Sequence record: PV593634.1
DNA length: 64,000 nucleotides
Direction: 5' to 3' (one strand)
The notes beneath the pieces are model-generated. The model saw only the letters and a program-made list of their open reading frames with translations. It was not told where the DNA came from and did not search any database. Numbering within the stretch: position 1 is the first letter of the stretch; every line of letters starts with the position of its first letter. Of this stretch, positions 19,716-29,098 are shown one piece after another. The translations under genes were made by a program, and so were the position numbers.

Positions 19716-22196
19716 ATGATTACGAAATTAATTATCAAGAACAATACAGCGTTAGCGAAGAAGGGTACAACTTCTATTGAGTTGGATACCAAAGATATCT
19801 TCAACGTTGTTATTGGTCGTAACGGATTTGGTAAAACAACTCTTTTAAAAGAGATTACCATGTTCCCGCCAGATAACGCAGACTATCTAGCCGGTGGTTA
19901 TAAAGAAGCGCACGCGGTAGTTGGGAAAGATACATATATTGTTAAATCAACTACCGGTAAATCTTCCGAACATTTCTTTATTCACAATGGGAAGAACCTT
20001 AATGAAGGTAACACATTATTGGTTCAACGTAAGTTAGTCGAACTCCATTTCGGTGCATCCTCTTTCATTAAAGACGTAATTACCGGGCTGGATGTGCGTG
20101 ACTTATTTACCACCCTGTCAGCAACACGCCGTAAAGACTTCCTGATGGCTGTGAACCCTAATGACACTAGTTATGCACTTAAGGTTCATGATAAGCTCAA
20201 ATCGAATCTGAACGCGCTTAAAGGTGGGTTAAAAACTCAGCGTCAACGTTTAGTAGTGGAAGAAGGACGTTTAACACAATTAGCTTCTATGGATCCTGAC
20301 AAACTCCAGGAAGAGATTCGTGTAATGGATGATCAGATCAAGAACGCTCTGGTTATTCACGGTTCGCTCCAAAACACTCAATGTCATGACTTACAACCTT
20401 TAAAGAACGAGATCGGCAATATCATCTCTTTCCTACTAGCAAGTCACACCCAGGTTCAACACAGTAAACCTACTCTACTCAGTCTTATCGAGAAGTGTGA
20501 TGGGACTCTGGATTATTACAAGACCAGAGAGATCAAGTTGAGTTCTCTGTTAGGTGAATTGGCCGGGCAGTTATCCGGTTTGGATTTAGCAAACAACAAC
20601 CTTGACAGTTATCGTCAACGTTTAGCCATTAACCAAACAGCAATGGATATCAATCAGGGGGAACTGAACAGCTTAGAGTCAAAGTTTAATGAACACCCAT
20701 TACTTAAGTCTTTATTAGGTGATGATGACTTCCGTTCGACCATCCCTGAGTTAAGTGCGTTGTTGAGAGCTGTTGACCGTACCCATGATAAGTCTATTAC
20801 GTCAGGTAGTTATCAAGAAGCTCAGACGCGTTACAAAACGCTCTCTGATGAACTTGTAAACGTTCAACGCAAGATAACTGACCATAACCATACCCTTGAA
20901 CATTATGATCGTGCTGACTCTGTGGATTGCCCTAAATGCGAACACAAGTTTAAAGTAGGTGTTAAGAATATTGACCCTGCTACGATCAAACGTGAACGAG
21001 AAGTATTGGCTCAACGTCAGGCTGAACTTCAAAAGGATATCTGGAATATAAATGACTGGTTGGAGGACAACCAAGGTTGGTATGAATCCATGGGAGCGTT
21101 AACGAGATATGCCCGTAGACACCCTAACCCTAAACTGATAATCGATATGATATCTGAATACCAAATTGGTAAATCCGATATCAGTGTGCTACTTGACTTG
21201 TTAAGGAGTATATACGACCATGGGGACATTAAGAAAACGTTGGCTGCACTCATCCAAGAGACGGAGACTGTTACGAAACAGATCGCTTTTCTGGAAAGCA
21301 GTGATGTCGAGACACTGTTCAAACGGAGTCAATTCGTTGAACGTGAATTGGGAACAGCACAACGCGGCGTTAGCCGAGTCCTTAAAGAAATTAAAGATTA
21401 TCAGGATCAGTTAGATATCATCGAGCTTGATGAACAAAAACGTGACCGCTTAGGTTACGCTATCAAAGAGCTTGAAGAGAAACTAATGGAGAACGGCCAG
21501 TATCGCATTAAGAACCGTGTTGAAGAAGTTATCCAGGATCTGTCCCCTCGTAAAGACCAATTGATCTCTAGCTTGATTCGTGCTGAATCTTTGAACTCCG
21601 TAATTACATCTATTAAGGAGAACATTGCGGACATGGAGAAACGTGAGAAACATACTGTTCTTTTACTGGATGGACTATCACCTGTCAAGGGACTGATTGG
21701 TTACTTAATGAACGACTTCCTTAAATCAGTAGTCGCCAACGTTAACGCAATCATTCAACCTGTATGGACTAACCGTTTACACGTACTTAACTGCTCTACC
21801 AGTAAGTCGGAAGAAGATGTTGATTTGAACTATAACTTCCCTGTACTGTCTGGTGGTTCGGATAAGCCAAACAAAGACATCGGTAACTGTAGTGGTGGTG
21901 AACGTGAAATCATTAACTTTGCTTTCCGTTTAACTATGCTGCGTTATTTGGGAGATCGTAGCAATATCCCATTAATGATGGACGAAGTTGGCGTGGCGTT
22001 TGATGAATTACATCGTGGTCGTTTCTGTGGCTACATTGCAGAACAGTTACGGTTAAGTAAACTACCTCAAACGTTTATGATTAGTCACAGCCATAAAGAA
22101 ATCACTTCATCAGTTCAGAATGCAAACATCATTGCCCTGAACGTTGAAGGTCTGCGAATCGGTTTCGAAACCAACAAAAACTCTAAAATCAAATAA
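19716..22196 (+). CDS. sbcC: SbcC/Rad50-like SMC ATPase
   Basis: Walker A GRNGFGKTT, long coiled coil with CPKC zinc hook, signature CSGGE, Walker B LMMDE, H-loop ISHS. Confidence 0.92.
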   Translation: MITKLIIKNNTALAKKGTTSIELDTKDIFNVVIGRNGFGKTTLLKEITMFPPDNADYLAGGYKEAHAVVGKDTYIVKSTTGKSSEHFFIHNGKNLNEGNTLLVQRKLVELHFGASSFIKDVITGLDVRDLFTTLSATRRKDFLMAVNPNDTSYALKVHDKLKSNLNALKGGLKTQRQRLVVEEGRLTQLASMDPDKLQEEIRVMDDQIKNALVIHGSLQNTQCHDLQPLKNEIGNIISFLLASHTQVQHSKPTLLSLIEKCDGTLDYYKTREIKLSSLLGELAGQLSGLDLANNNLDSYRQRLAINQTAMDINQGELNSLESKFNEHPLLKSLLGDDDFRSTIPELSALLRAVDRTHDKSITSGSYQEAQTRYKTLSDELVNVQRKITDHNHTLEHYDRADSVDCPKCEHKFKVGVKNIDPATIKREREVLAQRQAELQKDIWNINDWLEDNQGWYESMGALTRYARRHPNPKLIIDMISEYQIGKSDISVLLDLLRSIYDHGDIKKTLAALIQETETVTKQIAFLESSDVETLFKRSQFVERELGTAQRGVSRVLKEIKDYQDQLDIIELDEQKRDRLGYAIKELEEKLMENGQYRIKNRVEEVIQDLSPRKDQLISSLIRAESLNSVITSIKENIADMEKREKHTVLLLDGLSPVKGLIGYLMNDFLKSVVANVNAIIQPVWTNRLHVLNCSTSKSEEDVDLNYNFPVLSGGSDKPNKDIGNCSGGEREIINFAFRLTMLRYLGDRSNIPLMMDEVGVAFDELHRGRFCGYIAEQLRLSKLPQTFMISHSHKEITSSVQNANIIALNVEGLRIGFETNKNSKIK

Positions 22197-22225
22197 GCCC
22201 TTAATTGGGCTTTCAGGAGAATAAC

Positions 22226-22783
22226 ATGCGCTATACCAATAAAGTACTGATCCCTGTATTCAACGAAGAAACTAAATCAGCATTCATCGATGAGAAGTCC
22301 TGGATGTGTAATGAAGTACAAGTTGCCAACAGTCCTTTCTATTTCGGATCTAAAACAACTAACTTCCTGGCATCTGGTACCATTCGTAACTTTGTTAAGT
22401 TCTGTTTGGGTTCCAACTATAATAAGAGTATGGAAGTCAACGTCGACAAGCTCAAGCTAGTAGAAGTACTTGTAGAATATAAAGCCGCTGGCGATGACGT
22501 TGCCGAACTCCTTAGTGTTGAACTTGATGTTCCGTTCACCAAAGGTCAACGCGATGCTTACATCCTGCAACGTCTGGAAACTCCAGTTGGGATGGTGTTC
22601 GATACCAAGCGTTTTGGTGGTGAATCTGTTAATGTCAATCTGAACTCAATCGATCTGAATATCAACCTGGACGTTCGAGGTGATATCCTTACCCTGCGTC
22701 AAACCAAAAACCTCCAATGTAAAGTGGTAGGATTCCGTATTGCCGCGGAATGGGATGACCATAACTTTTCATACACCGCTTAA
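22226..22783 (+). CDS. hypothetical protein (paralog of next gene)
   Basis: ATG at 22226 after AGGAG; N-terminus P...EET...FID shared with 22794. Confidence 0.6.
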   Translation: MRYTNKVLIPVFNEETKSAFIDEKSWMCNEVQVANSPFYFGSKTTNFLASGTIRNFVKFCLGSNYNKSMEVNVDKLKLVEVLVEYKAAGDDVAELLSVELDVPFTKGQRDAYILQRLETPVGMVFDTKRFGGESVNVNLNSIDLNINLDVRGDILTLRQTKNLQCKVVGFRIAAEWDDHNFSYTA

Positions 22784-22793
22784 GGAAAGCACA

Positions 22794-23336
22794 ATGAGAC
22801 ACCTGCACCCAATCGCTACATCAGAAACTCGTCATCTGTTTATCGATCCGATCATCCGTAATCCATGGCCTATTCTCTCTGATGGATACGGTAGTGAGCA
22901 CACTAGCTATATTAAACCCGGTGTTGTTCCAAATCTCATGCTTCTGTGTAAACCCGAAGATGCACGATTCTCGATCACTGAAGAACCAAACATGGATGAG
23001 CTTTATATTAAGCAAATCGTTTTCGGTGCTTTTGATGTTGAAGGTGCATGGAAGAATTACTTTGCTGTATCTCTGAAAATCAAATTAACTTCTGATGGAT
23101 GTGTTGGATGTTCCATCAAAGACACGGTCAAACTTCCAACTGCGTGGATATTCGAACTCGACACCGGGAATAAAGCCGATCTGCTCGGTTCTGAACTTTC
23201 TGTAGAGCTGGATGTTAAATACGAACGTGGTACTCGGCGTTTAACATTTAAACCAACTGGTAGTTACGATTCAGGTAAACCAGAGGTCCACGGTATCATA
23301 CTTAACCTGGAACATAAAGACTCCAAACTTGTGTAA
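22794..23336 (+). CDS. hypothetical protein (paralog of previous gene)
   Basis: ATG at 22794 after AAGGA; HPIATSETRHLFID versus IPVFNEETKSAFID. Confidence 0.6.
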   Translation: MRHLHPIATSETRHLFIDPIIRNPWPILSDGYGSEHTSYIKPGVVPNLMLLCKPEDARFSITEEPNMDELYIKQIVFGAFDVEGAWKNYFAVSLKIKLTSDGCVGCSIKDTVKLPTAWIFELDTGNKADLLGSELSVELDVKYERGTRRLTFKPTGSYDSGKPEVHGIILNLEHKDSKLV

Positions 23337-23343
23337 CTAAATT

Positions 23344-23382
23344 CCTCAGACTTCCTAGGCTTAACGCCTAAGAGGTCTGGGG
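23344..23382 (+). terminator. stem-loop
   Basis: CTCAGAC..CTAGGC-TTAAC-GCCTAAG..GTCTGGG imperfect inverted repeat after a stop codon. Confidence 0.55.
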
Positions 23383-23475
23383 TTTACCTATGTATTTGTT
23401 TTGTTTTCTCAATACTTTGTTAAAACAACAACTTATACACCCGGTAACTCGGTTGTATATTTTATCCCTGTCACA

Positions 23476-23507
23476 TTTTCTTAGGCAGATATTATCATCA
23501 TGTAAAA
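23476..23507 (+). promoter_or_regulatory. putative phage early promoter
   Basis: TTTTCTTAGGCAGATATTATCATCATGTAAAA; near-copy at 32914 and related motif at 42372, each downstream of a terminator. Confidence 0.55.
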
Positions 23508-23549
23508 GTTAAACTTTTATTTCTTTCCAATAAACTTATAGGTAACACT

Positions 23550-24347
23550 ATGAACAGTAAGACCCAAAACAGCTTAATGAGCATTCTCGTATTGCTCTTA
23601 TCCTTGGTATGGATCTCCACTGTTTCGACAGCACATGCATCAGTCGGAGCTAATCCTAACGAGTATACCGCCAAGATCGTAATGCAACGGTTTGACAAAC
23701 TGAAAGAGAATCTCTACGAAGCATCAAAAGTAAGTGGGATGGATATGGCCGATCTAGTAGCCATAGCGAGCATTGAGTCGACTCTACGAGGTAATGTAAA
23801 GTCAAAGTACTCATCAGCAAAAGGTGTGTTCCAATACACCAACGGAACGTGGAAACAAGACACAGGACTTTACGCGAAACAACTGGGCCTGAAGAATACC
23901 GATGTCTATAACACACGTACTAATCTTTTAATCGGGGCAACTGCACTCAGCAACCTTAAACAATTACTCATAGAAAAATCACACTTAACTGAGGACACGC
24001 TACGAGTAGGTGATCTTTATATGAGTCATTTGGTTGGGACTAACGGAGCCCTTGCTGTAATCAACTCCAATAGCCACACACCAATCAACCGCATCCTCTC
24101 TATTACTAAAGGTAATTGGAGCATGTATCACAAGCCGAATGGTCAGCTGAGAACAGCTCGTGAATTCCGCTTACATATGGATACTCTCGTCAAACGTGAA
24201 CGCCAGTTCTACGTTAAAGAAGTACGACAGTACCAAGTAGCCAAATTGTATAGCCAAGAACCTCGCCTCATCAAGATGTACGGCCAGGATGATCAGATGG
24301 CTATAGCAATGGCTAACACAAACAAATACGTTGGTTATGGATTGTAA
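23550..24347 (+). CDS. lytic transglycosylase (phiKZ gp144-like catalytic domain) with Sec signal peptide
   Basis: IES catalytic Glu followed by KSKYSSAKGVFQYTNGTW and YMSHLVG, typical of the gp144/SLT family; N-terminal hydrophobic stretch ending in TAHA. Confidence 0.85.
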   Translation: MNSKTQNSLMSILVLLLSLVWISTVSTAHASVGANPNEYTAKIVMQRFDKLKENLYEASKVSGMDMADLVAIASIESTLRGNVKSKYSSAKGVFQYTNGTWKQDTGLYAKQLGLKNTDVYNTRTNLLIGATALSNLKQLLIEKSHLTEDTLRVGDLYMSHLVGTNGALAVINSNSHTPINRILSITKGNWSMYHKPNGQLRTAREFRLHMDTLVKRERQFYVKEVRQYQVAKLYSQEPRLIKMYGQDDQMAIAMANTNKYVGYGL

Positions 24348-24416
24348 ATAGTTAATATCTACGCACATAGTGATGTTTTGTAAGCGACAATTTTATTAAC
24401 TCTTAGGAATATCATT

Positions 24417-24680
24417 ATGAACGTTAAACATATCAACTGTCTCTTCGGAGCAGACTTCGTATTAGTACCATGTAACTCCACCGCACCAAATACAACCCAA
24501 GCTGTTATCACCTTTGACGATAGTCGTCCATCAGGTCGTACAGCTACGGTTGCATGGGCTGGTCGTATCCGAGCGTTTCTAACCTTCGGACCGACTGGTA
24601 ACCAGGTGATAAGTTACACTCTGGCTGATGACTCAGTCGCAGCCCAACAGAGCGTTGAGAATATCATTCCCTTTATTTAA
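24417..24680 (+). CDS. hypothetical protein
   Basis: 87 aa, AGGA RBS, followed by a terminator. Confidence 0.55.
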   Translation: MNVKHINCLFGADFVLVPCNSTAPNTTQAVITFDDSRPSGRTATVAWAGRIRAFLTFGPTGNQVISYTLADDSVAAQQSVENIIPFI

Positions 24681-24688
24681 ACCAATAT

Positions 24689-24716
24689 GACTAGGGCTGG
24701 GAAACCGGTCCTAGTC
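24689..24716 (+). terminator. stem-loop
   Basis: GACTAGGGCTGG-GAAA-CCGGTCCTAGTC. Confidence 0.7.
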
Positions 24717-24739
24717 TATTATGCTGTCTGGAGATCAAA

Positions 24740-25453
24740 ATGGATAAGTTTTCTAGTATTGTTCTTGAACATGGCGAAGTTAAAGTTACCCTGTCCGGTT
24801 ATTACCCGACCAAAGGGAAGCTGCAAGAAGTATTCGAAATCGATATCGTTGGGTTACCCATTATGAAGGTATCTTTAAACGATGCTGAATTGCCGATCAT
24901 TAACAACCGTGCAACTCTGCGTGCTTCTTTGAATGCTGCATTCAAAGAGATCTGGGATGTGACTGATGAGCGCATTAGACAGAAAATCCAGCCCTTCCAA
25001 CACTATATGAAGAACAACAATGCTAAAATAAACGCATTGGTATCTGAGTACGTTGATGGGTTGAAACACGATTACATGTTAGATCCTCATTTCCGTAAGC
25101 AGAAAGGGTTAATAGTAGATCTGTCAAGCCGCAAACCTTACAAGGCTGTGTTGTCGTTTAAAACAACCCGCCCTGGTTACTATGGCATCTTCTTAATCTA
25201 TACCTGTATTGTCCACGAGTCAGGTGCTCAGAACTTCAAACGTTCCTTTACCTATAGCCGAGATTATCCTGTACAGAACACCAAGTATCTTCGTGGCCAG
25301 ATTACGGAATGGTTGAAACAATCTAAGATCGATCACAAAGTCTGCCCTTCAACTCACTTCAAGTTAACTAAGGAAGTTCTCGGTAAGTTTGATCAACTGG
25401 AACCATTAATTAGTAACGCGCTTGTGAATCTTAATGAAGGCAACAACCTATAA
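24740..25453 (+). CDS. hypothetical protein
   Basis: 237 aa, GGAG RBS, cotranscribed with the ligase. Confidence 0.6.
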   Translation: MDKFSSIVLEHGEVKVTLSGYYPTKGKLQEVFEIDIVGLPIMKVSLNDAELPIINNRATLRASLNAAFKEIWDVTDERIRQKIQPFQHYMKNNNAKINALVSEYVDGLKHDYMLDPHFRKQKGLIVDLSSRKPYKAVLSFKTTRPGYYGIFLIYTCIVHESGAQNFKRSFTYSRDYPVQNTKYLRGQITEWLKQSKIDHKVCPSTHFKLTKEVLGKFDQLEPLISNALVNLNEGNNL

Positions 25454-25462
25454 GGTATATAA

Positions 25463-27433
25463 ATGAAGACCGATAAGTTAAAACGTATTCTTGACCTGGA
25501 AGCTAAGATCAAGTACTACGATTACATGTACTTTGAAAAAGACCAATCTGTCATCTCCGATTCCGAGTATGACATTCTCGTCGCTGAGTATCAGCAGTTA
25601 CTGGAAGAAGTTCCAGAGTACGTTCCAAATATTCGTGTTGGTTTCGTTGATGTTGAAGGTGAATTACCTACAGTAGAAGTCACGGAAGAAATGCGTTCCA
25701 TTACAAAGAAAAAGGATCCTGAGGAATTCGGGAAGTGGGTAGAGAAATATGCTGGTACCAATGAGACGTATGAAGATAAGCTCGATGGTGTTGCAGTTCG
25801 TCTTGTCTACAGTAAAGGCATACTTACTCTTGGTCACAGTCGTGGTCGTGGGGATGTTGGCGCTGACCTTACTCACCGCTTAGGGATTGTAACTGGTATC
25901 CCAACAGAGATCGAAGCTTATAAAGAGTTTGATCGTCGTGAAGTTACTGGTGAATGTTTCTGTCTGTATAAAGACTTTAACGAATATGTGGAACGTCACG
26001 GTTTGGATCCTAAGAAGATCGACACTCGTGGTGTGGTATCCGGTTTACTTCGTCGCTTAACCCCTGGTGATAAAGAAGACTTGCCAATCTACTTCAAAGC
26101 GTATTCTGCTGGACTTGAAACGCTTAAAGGTTTGGAGACCTATCCCGATCTTCGTGGTCACTTAAAGGAGATTGGTTTCGACTTACCTAAGTTGTTTACT
26201 AAGGAAGAAGTAAACACCATGATGGAACTGTCCAGTAAACCTATTGGGGAATATCCAATTGACGGGATTGTAGTTAAGAACTCCGATCTTCGTGAATGGG
26301 AGAAACCTCAGAAAGGTGAGTACTATAGTTACACAGCTTGTTATAAGTTCCCAACCAAGAGCTATGAAACTAAAGTCACTGGCATTGACTGGTCGCTAAC
26401 TAACGAAGGTGATCTGCAAGGCACTCTGATGTATGAACCGGTTCCTTATGAGGGAACTACACTGACTCGTTGTAAGCTGGATTACGCTCCAAGTTACTTC
26501 GCTAAGGGTTTGGCAATTGGTTCTGTTATCCGCATCACCAAAGCTAATGAAATCATTCCTAAGCTCGTCTCTATGACGTCTGCTGGCGATGGACAACCAT
26601 TAGGGTATCCGACTAACTGTCCGTTCTGTAATAAGCCTGTCGAGGTTATTGAGCGCAATGGTGTTGCACGTTGTGTTAACTCCGCCTGTGAAGGTCAATT
26701 AGTTAAACGACTGATTCGTCTCGTAGAGAAGAAAGGTCTAAACATCAAAGGACTGGGTGATGTATCCATTCAGAATCTTGTTGACAACGGTTTCCTATCT
26801 GTTCCTGCTGATTTGTTTAAACTCACAGCGACTGATCTTGTTAACTCCGGGGAATCCCAAAGTGTTTCAGAAGAAATTATTAAGAAAATCGCTCTTAGCA
26901 GTGATCGCGATCTCATGCATTGGTTGTTTGGTTTGGCTATCCCTGGCCTTGGACTCGTTCGTGCTGGAGAGATTAGCAACCTTGCTGCGACAAACGGGTT
27001 GAATGATGGACTGAAGTTCCATAACGCAGAAGACGTTGTTCGTATACTGTCTGATGCTACATTCATCTCTGGTCTATTTGGTTTAGACGGTCTGGTTATC
27101 GCTAACCACGTTAAGTCTAATGCTAAAGAGATCTGTGACTTCTTGCAGTATTACAACTATGGTGGAAGGGGTGAAAAGCAAATCGGTATTCCTGTAGCGA
27201 TTACTGGAGCCTGGACTGCTTTAACTCGACCACTAATGGAAGAAGGTTTAAACGAAGCTGGTTATACCTTGGCTGAGTCTGTAACCAAATCTGTTAAGTG
27301 TCTGTTAGTTGCTGATAAACCCTCTCCTTCCAAAGTAGAGAAAGCTGGTCGTTGGGGAATACCTACGGTTAACATCACCCAGGTTCATTCCATGGCTGGC
27401 ATTGTAGCACTGATCGAAGCATTACCTCGTTAA
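25463..27433 (+). CDS. ligA: NAD-dependent DNA ligase
   Basis: N-terminal YY...ISDSEYD domain Ia, KLDG adenylation motif, YPIDGIVVK, OB fold, C4 zinc finger (CPFC...CVNSAC), HhH (IKGLG), C-terminal BRCT. Confidence 0.95.
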   Translation: MKTDKLKRILDLEAKIKYYDYMYFEKDQSVISDSEYDILVAEYQQLLEEVPEYVPNIRVGFVDVEGELPTVEVTEEMRSITKKKDPEEFGKWVEKYAGTNETYEDKLDGVAVRLVYSKGILTLGHSRGRGDVGADLTHRLGIVTGIPTEIEAYKEFDRREVTGECFCLYKDFNEYVERHGLDPKKIDTRGVVSGLLRRLTPGDKEDLPIYFKAYSAGLETLKGLETYPDLRGHLKEIGFDLPKLFTKEEVNTMMELSSKPIGEYPIDGIVVKNSDLREWEKPQKGEYYSYTACYKFPTKSYETKVTGIDWSLTNEGDLQGTLMYEPVPYEGTTLTRCKLDYAPSYFAKGLAIGSVIRITKANEIIPKLVSMTSAGDGQPLGYPTNCPFCNKPVEVIERNGVARCVNSACEGQLVKRLIRLVEKKGLNIKGLGDVSIQNLVDNGFLSVPADLFKLTATDLVNSGESQSVSEEIIKKIALSSDRDLMHWLFGLAIPGLGLVRAGEISNLAATNGLNDGLKFHNAEDVVRILSDATFISGLFGLDGLVIANHVKSNAKEICDFLQYYNYGGRGEKQIGIPVAITGAWTALTRPLMEEGLNEAGYTLAESVTKSVKCLLVADKPSPSKVEKAGRWGIPTVNITQVHSMAGIVALIEALPR

Positions 27434-27439
27434 TTAATA

Positions 27440-27455
27440 GGGGAGGAAACTCCCC
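27440..27455 (+). terminator. stem-loop
   Basis: GGGGAG-GAAA-CTCCCC followed by ACCTCTTTT. Confidence 0.55.
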
Positions 27456-27479
27456 ACCTCTTTTATAAGGAAACATACC

Positions 27480-27803
27480 GTGGTCACTAAAACCGTATTC
27501 TTCTTCCCTAAGCGCATCACCGAAGAACAAGTAAAGTTTATTGAAGAACTTTGTGAGAAATCAGATAACGAACATATCGGTATCGAAGATATCAAATCTC
27601 ACTCAGTTACTTTGGTATCCCTGGAACAAGGCTATAACAACTCGATCAATACTTTCGCCAGTCTGATCCTGAGCCATGTTAAGATGAACGTTGCATCCTG
27701 CGAGTACGACCAAACCAGTAACACCACCTATGTACGCCTTGGGCAAAAGCTCGACGCACAATTACAACAAGCCGGTCTTCAGAAAGTTAAGGATTTATTC
27801 TAA
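27480..27803 (+). CDS. hypothetical protein
   Basis: 107 aa, GTG start after AAGGA. Confidence 0.6.
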   Translation: MVTKTVFFFPKRITEEQVKFIEELCEKSDNEHIGIEDIKSHSVTLVSLEQGYNNSINTFASLILSHVKMNVASCEYDQTSNTTYVRLGQKLDAQLQQAGLQKVKDLF

Positions 27804-28411
27804 TGTCTAGTTTAGAAAAGAAAGGTTGGACGTACACTTATACCTCCACATCAAAGCAGCAGATGTCCCTACAGTTGCTGTCTGACAAATTCGTTCGCGA
27901 CCTGGGTTTCATCAAACAGGATTACGAACACTGTGGTATTCGTGTAACACTGGGTGACGATACATTCATTCTTCCTATCACAGATCCTGAACATCCTAAT
28001 TGCCAGCTGGGTGTATTCACAGGTGCTCGTGTTATCAAACGTCTGATTCGCTATGGAGCCATCTGTGAGAACTCTGACCGTTTCCATCCGGTTGTATCAA
28101 TGATCGATGAAATGCTCCGTGAGATGGATGTACGCGATCTTACCCCATTCGAAAGCGAAGTCGACATCACCTTCGGTAACGGTAACTGGGATTACGCCGA
28201 TGAAGAAGGTTATGTCTATACCTTATCTCGTCGTGAATCTGGTAATGCTTTCATTACTACTTACAAGCGTATTCGTGGTCAACACGTATTGCCTGCCGCT
28301 CAGTACGATGCCGAATCACATCTGCACGAGATCAAAGAGCAACGTTCTTTCTTCTCCACAGTAGCCAAGCCTATCTCATTCGAAGACGCGGTTAAAGCGT
28401 TTAACTTGTAA
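27803..28411 (+). CDS. hypothetical protein
   Basis: 202 aa, TAATG coupling to the upstream gene. Confidence 0.6.
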   Translation: MSSLEKKGWTYTYTSTSKQQMSLQLLSDKFVRDLGFIKQDYEHCGIRVTLGDDTFILPITDPEHPNCQLGVFTGARVIKRLIRYGAICENSDRFHPVVSMIDEMLREMDVRDLTPFESEVDITFGNGNWDYADEEGYVYTLSRRESGNAFITTYKRIRGQHVLPAAQYDAESHLHEIKEQRSFFSTVAKPISFEDAVKAFNL

Positions 28412-28417
28412 CATCCA

Positions 28418-28448
28418 AACCTAGGGGTTAATTCCCCTAGGTTCTTTT
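28418..28448 (+). terminator. intrinsic terminator
   Basis: AACCTAGGGG-TTAATT-CCCCTAGGTT followed by CTTTT. Confidence 0.75.
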
Positions 28449-28508
28449 CATTTATTTTTATTGTCTTCTACATACTAAGTACAGGAGTGATAAAACTGGA
28501 GAATCATT

Positions 28509-29033
28509 ATGGAATGGCACATCTATACAGATGGTAGCTGCCTCGATAATAACCCTAGTGGAGGTCCCGGCGGTTTAGCCTGGGTTGCAAGCTACGGTGA
28601 CTTGAGAGCAGAATGTAGTCGGGGGTTCTTTAAATCCACGAACAACCGAATGGAGATAATGGCAGTTGTAGATGCCCTGTCTCAGTTAGAGGAAAAGTCT
28701 GTCGTTAATATTTATACCGACAGTCAATACACTATTGATGGTGCTACAAAGTGGGTGTGGGGCTGGATTAAAAATGGATGGGTAAGAAAGACCCAATTTG
28801 GCGGAACTGAAGACGTGAAGAACAAAGATCTGTTCCAACGTCTACATGCGCTCACTCGCTTTCATAAAGTGAACTTCATTAAGGTAAGAGCACACTGCGG
28901 TATTCCCGATAACGAACGTTGTGACGTATTGGCTAAACAAGCAGCGGCTAATCCTAATGAAGTGGATGATGGTTTTATTCCGACCGTTAAGGATCCTAAT
29001 AAACCTAAATATAATCCATGGAAACGTAGATAA
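28509..29033 (+). CDS. rnhA: ribonuclease HI
   Basis: IYTDGSC, STNNRME, IYTDSQY, VKNKDL, KVRAHCGIPDNERCD: full RNase HI catalytic set. Confidence 0.95.
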   Translation: MEWHIYTDGSCLDNNPSGGPGGLAWVASYGDLRAECSRGFFKSTNNRMEIMAVVDALSQLEEKSVVNIYTDSQYTIDGATKWVWGWIKNGWVRKTQFGGTEDVKNKDLFQRLHALTRFHKVNFIKVRAHCGIPDNERCDVLAKQAAANPNEVDDGFIPTVKDPNKPKYNPWKRR

Positions 29034-29098
29034 GGATAGTATGAAGGGCTCTGGGTAACACCTTGGCCCTTTTCCTTTTACCTCAAAGAGAAATAATT

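Noticed and set aside
19716-27433. Inteins or introns in sbcC or ligA
   Set aside because: Lengths and motif spacing look normal; no C...HN splice junctions or LAGLIDADG/HNH insert noticed.
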